Source of the DNA: Candidatus Peribacteraceae bacterium
GTDB lineage: Bacteria > Patescibacteriota > Gracilibacteria > Peribacterales > Peribacteraceae
Assembly (NCBI GenBank): GCA_018062585.1
Contig: JAGORY010000002.1
Span: forward strand, 1-42,634
Length of the DNA stretch: 42,634 nt
Direction: 5' to 3'
The translations under genes were made by a program, and so were the position numbers. Below are positions 16,596-23,337 of this stretch, piece by piece; the first letter of the stretch is position 1, and each line of letters starts with the position of its first letter. Under the pieces are notes generated by a model. The model saw only the letters and a program-made list of their open reading frames with translations, searched no databases and was not told the DNA's origin.

Positions 16596-18965
16596 ATGGT
16601 GATCGATCGCTCGCAGTTCATCGGCAATGACGTGAATACTGCGCCGATGTCACTGCAGCGTATCGCGGCGCACAAGAAAACGAATGTCCGTCACTGGATC
16701 GGCCCTAAGGATGCGGTGAAGCTCAGCGCCGACGAAGAGAAGGCATACACGATTGCACACGGCATCATGATGCGACTCAGTATCGAGGCGCCGCTCAAGC
16801 ACAAGTCCGGCCATCCGGGTGGACCGCTCTCGGCATTTACATTTACATACGAAGTGCACCGTCGCAGGAATCCTCTTTTCGATGAACCGTGCCGCTACAG
16901 CGCGGGGCATTTGTCTTTGCTCGCGTACAACATGCAGTGGCTCTTTGGTCGTGACAATGGTGATGAGCGCCTCGCGTCTCCGCAGGCGATCATGGATACA
17001 TTTCGCACGATCTCAGGACTTCCAGGGCACGTCGAGGCTGGTATCGGTGATATTCCCTTTGGTACTGGCCCGCTCGGTAAAGGTGTCAGTAACGGACTTG
17101 GTGTCGCACTCGGCAAGAAGTTCCTCAAGAAAGAGGGGAGAGTCGACGTGCTTCTCGCCGACGGGGACAGTCAGGAAGGACAAGTTGCTGAAGCGTTCCG
17201 TTTGGCGTCAACGCTCAGGCTCGATAACCTCGTCGTTCACGGCGACTGGAATGACATCCAGCTCTCCGGCATTCCGTCGAAGACGATGGCGACTGACATG
17301 GCCGATATCGCGGAGGCAATGGGCTGGTCGGTGATCGAAGTCCAGAACGGAAACAGTATTGCCGAAGTGAAAGCGGCGCTTGATATTGCGGACGCACTCC
17401 AAGGAAAGGGGAGTCCGATCTTCATCTGTTACTACACGACGATGGGAGACGGCGTTCCGCTCATGGAAGAGGGATCGAACACCGGAAAAAAGAATTACCA
17501 CGGTGCACCGCTTTCTGCTGACGAAGCCAAAGCTGCGCTTGAAAGCCTCAAGCTGCCGTCACTCGATGAGCTCACGAAAGAATTCAAGCCGTTCCGCGAC
17601 AAGCACCGTGAAGCCTACGAGAAAGCTCGGTCCAAGCGTACAAGTGCCAGACTCGCTTTTCCGCTACCTGCCGCATACAAGCGCACTGTCACGAAGGATC
17701 CCGGCGCCGCACGCAAAGATTTCGGTGCTGTGCATCTCAAGGCGCTCATGGCAGTTGATCCGAGGATCGTCGTCCTGCACGCTGACCTCGCGGACTCGGG
17801 CGGATTCGGCGTTGTTGAAAAAGCATTTCCCGACCGCGTCATCAACGTCGGAGTAGCCGAAGCCAACATGTACATGATGGCGGCAGGTATGCGTCAGGCT
17901 GGACTACTTCCGGTGACGTACACGTTTGCCGCATTCGGCACGAATGAAGCACGCGCGTGCGCCAGGCTCATCGACGTGAACTCGGGACACATCCCGCTCG
18001 GCGTGCTCCACGATTGCACCCACTCGGGGTTGAGCGTCGGTGAAGACGGTGAGACGCATCAGGAACGGAACTACGTGAATCTCCCGCTCGACCACACGCG
18101 TGTGTGGGTGACCGGTGACAGTAACCAAGCCGGAGCGATGGCCGAACGCGCGATGCAGATCATCGCCGAAGGAACCGAGAGCGTGTACGTTTTCTCAGGG
18201 CGCTCCAACCACGCGCAGCTTCTGAGCGCAAAAGGGGAGCCGGTGTACGGACCGGACTACGTCTTCGATGAACGCGCGACCGTCGTCGCCGGACACGGCA
18301 CTATCCGCGATGAAGCGACGATCATCACCTGTGGAGCAGCACTTGCCGAATCTGTGAAAGCCGCCGCTCTTCTGGAGGGCAAAGAAAGAGTTATCCGAGT
18401 TCTGAACGTCGCATCCATTCGTCCGCTCGACGCCGCAGCCATCATGCAGGCCGCGGTGGAGACGCAGCACCTCGTCGTCGTCGAAGATCACAACACTGAA
18501 GGCGGACTCGCTACGCACGTTGCCGACCTTGTTGCCGACCTCGGCATTCCCTGCACGCTTCGCCGCATCGGTGTCAGGCATTACTATCCGTCAGCACCGA
18601 GCGAGCAACTCACGGTGCTTGCGGGCATGGACGCAGAAGAGATCGCCAACGTCGTCGAGGATCAGTTCGCATTCCGGCTCGCCGGTTCCGAGGAAGCATT
18701 CGTCGCGTTTGTGTATGGCCTCAATGAAAGACTGCATCACACTCGGTTCGCATCAGCCGCCGCAAGCTTCGTGGAACGGCTCAGGAGTGATCCTGCGTAT
18801 GTTCAGAGTCTTCGGGATCTGTGGAAAGCACGTGCGTTCGATGTCCAAAGCCTACCGAAGACCGAGGAGCTTCTCGCGGGGTTGCCGACTGCGGAATCCT
18901 TGCAAGAATTGAATCCGTTAACCGGCACACCAAGGACACATCAGGAAGATAACGGAATCCTCTAA
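16596..18965 (+). CDS. tkt: Transketolase (N- and C-terminal halves fused), with an extra C-terminal extension
   Basis: SGHPGGPLSAF, thiamine-diphosphate binding LLADGDSQEGQVAEA...NLVVHGDWNDIQLSG, a pyrimidine-binding half (INVGVAEANM) and a C-terminal domain. About 110 aa of unassigned sequence follow the usual end. Confidence 0.8.
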   Translation: MVIDRSQFIGNDVNTAPMSLQRIAAHKKTNVRHWIGPKDAVKLSADEEKAYTIAHGIMMRLSIEAPLKHKSGHPGGPLSAFTFTYEVHRRRNPLFDEPCRYSAGHLSLLAYNMQWLFGRDNGDERLASPQAIMDTFRTISGLPGHVEAGIGDIPFGTGPLGKGVSNGLGVALGKKFLKKEGRVDVLLADGDSQEGQVAEAFRLASTLRLDNLVVHGDWNDIQLSGIPSKTMATDMADIAEAMGWSVIEVQNGNSIAEVKAALDIADALQGKGSPIFICYYTTMGDGVPLMEEGSNTGKKNYHGAPLSADEAKAALESLKLPSLDELTKEFKPFRDKHREAYEKARSKRTSARLAFPLPAAYKRTVTKDPGAARKDFGAVHLKALMAVDPRIVVLHADLADSGGFGVVEKAFPDRVINVGVAEANMYMMAAGMRQAGLLPVTYTFAAFGTNEARACARLIDVNSGHIPLGVLHDCTHSGLSVGEDGETHQERNYVNLPLDHTRVWVTGDSNQAGAMAERAMQIIAEGTESVYVFSGRSNHAQLLSAKGEPVYGPDYVFDERATVVAGHGTIRDEATIITCGAALAESVKAAALLEGKERVIRVLNVASIRPLDAAAIMQAAVETQHLVVVEDHNTEGGLATHVADLVADLGIPCTLRRIGVRHYYPSAPSEQLTVLAGMDAEEIANVVEDQFAFRLAGSEEAFVAFVYGLNERLHHTRFASAAASFVERLRSDPAYVQSLRDLWKARAFDVQSLPKTEELLAGLPTAESLQELNPLTGTPRTHQEDNGIL

Positions 18966-19280
18966 ATGCCTACTCCCAAAAAGTCCGACGGCACGAAGGT
19001 CCTTACGACGGAAGTGAGGGAACTTCGGGAAGCTGTCGACAAGTCGTACCGCTACTTCAAGCGGGTCAATCAGTACCGCCATTCGCTCGCGTTGTCGTTT
19101 TTGAAGGGCGTCTCGTCAACTCTCGGAGCGCTCGTGACAGTCGTCATCGTGACGCCACTCATCATCTTGCTACTACGAAGCATCGCTTGGCCGCCGCTCA
19201 TCGCGGATCTCGTTGCGAACGTTATTCTTCAGTATGAGCAAGTGAACCGCCAGTCACAACGAGCGGTTGACGGTCAATGA
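18966..19280 (+). CDS. Hypothetical small membrane protein
   Basis: 104-aa ORF starting immediately after the transketolase stop (TAAATG). Central TM segment LGALVTVVIVTPLIILLL. Confidence 0.5.
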   Translation: MPTPKKSDGTKVLTTEVRELREAVDKSYRYFKRVNQYRHSLALSFLKGVSSTLGALVTVVIVTPLIILLLRSIAWPPLIADLVANVILQYEQVNRQSQRAVDGQ

Positions 19281-19749
19281 AGACCGAAACGTAGAAACGT
19301 TTGATCATCTCCGCGGAGGCGTGAAGGATATCGCCGATCAGTGAACGCAGGCGACGGATTTTGCGATATAGTTCGCTCAGCATGAATCCCGATCCGCGCA
19401 CATTTGAATTCCTGAGTGACCTAGCCTGACGCTCGATGGTCTTCACTTCGCGCTCCAGATGCTCCACGAGTTTCTGTTGCATGACGGCGACCGGCGGAGC
19501 TTTTGCGATTGCGTCATCGCGAGCTGACGTACCTGTTTGCTGACCTGAGCCCTGTGTCTTTCCACCAGTGGCGCCCGGAATATCAGACGAAGCATCTTCA
19601 CGAACGCGTGCTGCTACAGTGCCCATGAGGTCCACCACTTCGACGATTTCTTTTAGCTTTTGCGGCTGAAAAACAATCGCAGGAGCGGTTTCCGTTACTT
19701 TCGTAACATCTGTTCTCGGTGCCTCAGCAATCAAGCTTGGTCCGTCCAT
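19222..19749 (-). CDS. Hypothetical protein with low-complexity and coiled-coil regions
   Basis: 175-aa ORF. Gly/Thr/Gln-rich centre, then a helical region QQKLVEHLEREVKTIERQARSL. Its 3-prime end overlaps the convergent ORF 18966..19280 by 59 nt. Confidence 0.45.
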   Translation of the reverse strand: MDGPSLIAEAPRTDVTKVTETAPAIVFQPQKLKEIVEVVDLMGTVAARVREDASSDIPGATGGKTQGSGQQTGTSARDDAIAKAPPVAVMQQKLVEHLEREVKTIERQARSLRNSNVRGSGFMLSELYRKIRRLRSLIGDILHASAEMIKRFYVSVFIDRQPLVVTGGSLAHTEE

Positions 19750-19895
19750 GGTATCTCTATTATAGCTTATTTTGGCCTAAAAGTCATTGTTCGCTCCCAT
19801 GCCACTCCACTCCCGCAGATGGGACGCGGCGTCCCAGTCTACGTAGACGGTACAGAGCGGTTTTCTCAGTCTATCGACAGTGCTACGCTTTCGGC

Positions 19896-20219
19896 ATGAT
19901 CGACACCATCTTCCACAAAATTATCCGTCAAGAAATTCCGGCGAAGGTCGCGTACGAGGACGATGAAGTTCTGGCGTTTCACGATATTCATCCCAAGGCT
20001 GCGACGCATCTACTCTTCATCCCGAAGCATTTCATTGCGTCTATCGCAGACGTCACGCCCGAATCAGCGCACATTCCCGGCATGCTGATCCTCAAGGCGC
20101 AGGCCTTCGCTAAAGAAAAGGGGATCGATGGTTACAAGCTGACGTTCCATGTCGGCAAAGGCGGCGGACAGGAGGTGATGTATCTGCATCTGCATTTTCT
20201 GAGCGACAAGATCCTCTGA
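19896..20219 (+). CDS. HIT (histidine triad) family protein
   Basis: MIDTIFHKIIRQEIPAKVAYEDDEVLAFHDIHPKA... and histidine triad HLHLHFL. ATG at 19896. Confidence 0.9.
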   Translation: MIDTIFHKIIRQEIPAKVAYEDDEVLAFHDIHPKAATHLLFIPKHFIASIADVTPESAHIPGMLILKAQAFAKEKGIDGYKLTFHVGKGGGQEVMYLHLHFLSDKIL

Positions 20220-20297
20220 AAAATCCAAAAATCAAATAATCAAAATCCAAGAGGGAGTAGATCCTCCTGGATTTTTGAGATTTGATACTTCGAATTT
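20219..20297. terminator. Long imperfect low-complexity inverted repeat between convergent genes (probable bidirectional terminator)
   Basis: Left arm AAAAATCCAAAAATCAAATAATCAAAATCCAAGAGGG and right arm CCTCCTGGATTTTTGAGATTTGATACTTCGAATTT. They fill the whole HIT-rpsA spacer, and the arms are largely complementary with mismatches. Confidence 0.4.
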
Positions 20298-21615
20298 ACG
20301 CTGTGTACCCTGCAGCCTCAGCTTCCTCAGTTGTCTTGAAGGTCAGGCGCTTGTCTTCGGCGATCTTCTCGGCGGCGGCGGAACCGGCTTCGTAGTACTT
20401 CTTGCCGGACTTCGAGGCGACGAATCCTGCGCTTGCTCCCTTCTTCGGCTCCTTTGACTCTGCCTCACGCTCCTCACGCTCTTTCTTCATGCGCTCGAGA
20501 GTTGCGGCGTCGATCGGCTTCAGGGCCTTGATCGAGAGACCGATACGGCGCTCATCGATATCGATATTGATGACTTGAGCTTCGACCTTCTGCCCGATCT
20601 TGAGGGCCTCCGATGGGTCCGTCACTTTCTCGTGGCTGAGCTCGGTGAGGTGGACGAGGCCGGTAATGTCTTTCTCGAGAGCGAGGAACGCTCCGTAGTC
20701 AGCGAAACGCACGACTGTGCCTTCTACTCTCTTGCCGACCGGATAACGCTCGGCGATCTCTTCCCATGGGTCCTTCGTCATCTGCTTGATCGAGAGCGAA
20801 AGCTTCTCGCCGTCGATGCCGATGATCTTTACGCGGACTCGGTCGCCGACGGATGCGAACTCGGACGGGTTCTTGACGTGTCCCCAGGCGATTTCGGAGA
20901 TATGGACGAGCCCCTCAAGGCCGTCGAAGGCGACGAAGAGACCGAACTTCACGATGCCCGAGACTAAGCCGTCTTTCTCCGAACCGATTGCCAGATTCTC
21001 GAGAGCCTTGGACCTCTCTTCGGCCATCGCTTCGCGCTCAGAGACGACGATCTTTCCTGCGGCTTCGTCGAGCGTGATGATTTTGACGGTGAAGGTGTGA
21101 CCGATGAACTTACCGAGGCGGCTGATGATCTCGGACGAGTCGGCGTTGTTGACGCGCGGGTAGTTGGCAGGCGAGAGCTGGGACACCGGAAGGAAGGTGC
21201 GGATGCCGTCGATGTTGGCGAGCAGTCCTCCTTTATTGGCTTCCTGAGCCGTGAACTTCATGGTTTTGTCGTCAGAGACCAGCTTGTGGAATCGGTCCCA
21301 TGCCTTCTGTTGGCTGGCCATGCGGAGCGAAAGGACCACCATGCCTTCGTCGTTCTCTTCTTCCAGAACGAGAGCGGCGACTTGGTCACCTTGAGCAAGT
21401 TCGCGGTACGTGTTCATGGAGTCGCGGAGTTCGCGACCGGACACGATGCCGGTAGCCACACCTGCGAGATCGATGAGCATCTTATTCTTCCCTTTGAAGA
21501 TGACGGCTCCTTCGATGAGCTCGCCTGGGCGGGCGCGGAACACCGGTGGAGAATCTTTCAAAAGCTCCACCATCACGGCGGACTGAGTCTTTCTCTTGGG
21601 GGATTTTACGGCCAT
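20296..21615 (-). CDS. rpsA: 30S ribosomal protein S1
   Basis: Four S1/OB repeats (for example GELIEGAVIFKGKNKMLIDL, GHTFTVKIITLDEAAGKIVVS, GLVSGIVKFGLFVAFDGLEGLVHISE, VEGTVVRFADYGAFLALEKDITGLVH) plus a basic/Ala-rich C-terminal tail. ATG at 21615. Confidence 0.9.
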   Translation of the reverse strand: MAVKSPKRKTQSAVMVELLKDSPPVFRARPGELIEGAVIFKGKNKMLIDLAGVATGIVSGRELRDSMNTYRELAQGDQVAALVLEEENDEGMVVLSLRMASQQKAWDRFHKLVSDDKTMKFTAQEANKGGLLANIDGIRTFLPVSQLSPANYPRVNNADSSEIISRLGKFIGHTFTVKIITLDEAAGKIVVSEREAMAEERSKALENLAIGSEKDGLVSGIVKFGLFVAFDGLEGLVHISEIAWGHVKNPSEFASVGDRVRVKIIGIDGEKLSLSIKQMTKDPWEEIAERYPVGKRVEGTVVRFADYGAFLALEKDITGLVHLTELSHEKVTDPSEALKIGQKVEAQVINIDIDERRIGLSIKALKPIDAATLERMKKEREEREAESKEPKKGASAGFVASKSGKKYYEAGSAAAEKIAEDKRLTFKTTEEAEAAGYTA

Positions 21616-21692
21616 AAAAAATTGGGGGTGCAAGGAGAGGGATAAAGGGCTTCTCAAGGCTCTTGCACGAGCAGCACGAAGAAGTGGGGGTC

Positions 21693-21722
21693 ACTCTACA
21701 GCGTTCGTTGGCGAGAGGTCAA
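21693..21722 (-). promoter_or_regulatory. Candidate rpsA promoter (TTGACC - 18 nt - TAGAGT)
   Basis: On the gene strand, TTGACC lies at 21722-21717 and TAGAGT at 21698-21693. This is directly downstream of the preceding terminator-like hairpin. Confidence 0.3.
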
Positions 21723-21723
21723 C

Positions 21724-21758
21724 AAAAAACCGCGCGCAAAGGGGTCTGCTAGGCGCGG
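21724..21758 (-). terminator. Rho-independent terminator candidate after the VirB4-N-like gene
   Basis: On the gene strand, a 6-bp all-GC stem CCGCGC...GCGCGG is followed by TTTTTT. The loop is rather large. Confidence 0.4.
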
Positions 21759-21770
21759 CAGTCCACAGGG

Positions 21771-22523
21771 TTAGAACAACGCTGCCTTGTCCGGATTCAA
21801 GTCGGTCAGATGCGCGAATTTCTGCTTCTGGCTGGTGATCGGGTTGTAGATTCCGTAGTAGAGCTGCACGAGTTCCTCGGTCTTGAGGCGACGCATCGTG
21901 ATGCCTACGTTTTCGAGACCGGACTGAATGAGCGTGATGCGATCACGGAGGATCTTGGCATACGCTTTGAACTCGCGGCTGCGCTGCAGTGCCTTCGAAC
22001 GTGTATCATCGACGTTGATCCACTCGAGGAATCGCTGGAGCATCGTGCGCTTTCCTTTCGAGGGAGCGTCGACCGGCACCACGATGTAGAAGTTCTTCTG
22101 CATGATGTCCGCGATGTCGACGAGCTTCTCCATGAAGTCTGCGTAGTCGATGGTCTGGTCCTTCATGAGCGGGCTCGTCTGCGCCTCAGCTTTCACTTTG
22201 AGGTTCTGGATATACGGGTCGATGTTGAGGCGGGTCGAACGGATGAGGATCTGGATCGGGAAGATGATCGTGTTCACGAAAGCCTGATAACCGGCGATGA
22301 TACCCTGCTGCTCGATTTCGCTTTTCAGGTTGAAGTTCAGCGAGTTCACTTTGAGCACGGCGCGGAGTCCTCCGTTTTTGAGGACCACCGTGTCTTCCTT
22401 GATTTCAGCGATGGGCAGATAGCGCTGCGTTGAGACGGAGAATGCCTTCTTTTTCTTCCGCACGGTACTGGGCACGGCTGCGCCCTGCCCTGTGTCGCCG
22501 ATGTTGTCTTTGGATGCGGCCAT
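21771..22523 (-). CDS. VirB4/TrbE/CagE N-terminal-domain-like protein without an ATPase domain
   Basis: FSVSTQRYLPIAEIKEDTVVLKNGGLRAVLKVNSLNFNLKSEIEQQGIIAGYQAFVNTIIFPIQILIRS... resembles the N-terminal region of Gram-positive/CPR VirB4-type proteins. No Walker A/B motif anywhere in the 250 aa. Start is 2 nt after the PrgI-like stop. Confidence 0.5.
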   Translation of the reverse strand: MAASKDNIGDTGQGAAVPSTVRKKKKAFSVSTQRYLPIAEIKEDTVVLKNGGLRAVLKVNSLNFNLKSEIEQQGIIAGYQAFVNTIIFPIQILIRSTRLNIDPYIQNLKVKAEAQTSPLMKDQTIDYADFMEKLVDIADIMQKNFYIVVPVDAPSKGKRTMLQRFLEWINVDDTRSKALQRSREFKAYAKILRDRITLIQSGLENVGITMRRLKTEELVQLYYGIYNPITSQKQKFAHLTDLNPDKAALF

Positions 22524-22525
22524 AA

Positions 22526-23203
22526 TCAGGAGTGGGGAGTATTGAGAATGCTTTCGTAGCGTCCGACGGAACGGACAGTGTCCACTGATTTCTCGGGATC
22601 GAGGCCGTCGGCTTGTACGCGTTCGCTTCGGACGGCGGTGGGTGCGGTGGTTTCTTCGATCATCGGAGAGTCTTCATGTTCGTGCATGCCGTGTTTCACA
22701 TTGTCGGCGAGCTGTGTGCGGATGCCTTCGGTCGCTACGGGACTCGGATTGTCATGAGCGGTGAGATTGTTGAGGTCCTTCTGGCGCTTCTCGAGCTGAC
22801 GCGTGATGTCGGCCAATTTATTAGCGTTGCTTTCGACTTTCTTGCTCGCTTCCACGATTTCTTTCGCGTGCTGCGTAGTGATGAGGTTGATACTGATGCC
22901 GGGGTACGGACTCCAGTATCGCTGTGACGGTTTGTTCATGCCTTCGATGCTCAGAAGGATAATGTGAAAGAGACTCAGGTCATTGATGCGGAAGAATGCA
23001 AATGCCGCGGCCACTGCGGCCGGCGTCCAGCATGCGCCGAGTGCGATGACATTCGTGACACCAGCTTTCTGAGCCGATGCGAAGATCGCGTAGCTGATAC
23101 CGGCACCAATTCCCATGATGAGAAGATGTTTCAGTGTGATCGGACCGATGATGCGGTCCTCCACGTACACGTTCTGCGGGATTTTGACGGCTTCGATGGG
23201 CAT
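22526..23203 (-). CDS. PrgI-family (VirB3-like) membrane protein with a long C-terminal extension
   Basis: N-terminus KIPQNVYVEDRIIGPITLKHLLIMGIGAGISYAIF followed by a second TM helix, the PrgI-family pattern. About 110 extra residues with a helical segment. Confidence 0.6.
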   Translation of the reverse strand: MPIEAVKIPQNVYVEDRIIGPITLKHLLIMGIGAGISYAIFASAQKAGVTNVIALGACWTPAAVAAAFAFFRINDLSLFHIILLSIEGMNKPSQRYWSPYPGISINLITTQHAKEIVEASKKVESNANKLADITRQLEKRQKDLNNLTAHDNPSPVATEGIRTQLADNVKHGMHEHEDSPMIEETTAPTAVRSERVQADGLDPEKSVDTVRSVGRYESILNTPHS

Positions 23204-23210
23204 GATGAGT

Positions 23211-23252
23211 GGGTAGCAGGTAGCAGTTAGCGGTTAGCGGGTAGCGGGTAGT
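23211..23252. repeat. Six tandem heptanucleotide repeats of the GGGTAGC family
   Basis: GGGTAGC AGGTAGC AGTTAGC GGTTAGC GGGTAGC GGGTAGT. Ends 7 nt upstream of the PrgI-like ATG (gene strand reads GCTACCC units). Confidence 0.9.
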
Positions 23253-23337
23253 TTTGGAGGGGGAAATCTTATTAGTATAGCAGAAACAAGCCAAGAACGC
23301 CAGATCGCTCCGGCGTTCCTGTGTAGTGGCTGTTTCA

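Noticed and set aside
20575-21645. Plus-strand ORFs (130, 104 and 182 aa) antisense to rpsA
   Set aside because: The S1 repeats on the minus strand are clear. The plus-strand ORFs are acidic, low-complexity shadows.
21810-22433. 207-aa plus-strand ORF antisense to the VirB4-N-like gene
   Set aside because: Asp/Glu/Leu/Val/His-rich shadow composition. The minus-strand ORF has family-like sequence and is tightly coupled to the PrgI-like gene.
23211-23252. Heptad arrays as a CRISPR array or as G-quadruplex-forming sequence
   Set aside because: The period is 7 nt with no spacers, so it is not a CRISPR. Each array has only about three GGG runs (other units are GAG/GGT/AGG), short of the four runs needed for a canonical intramolecular G4. 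The idea is unsupported without biophysical data.
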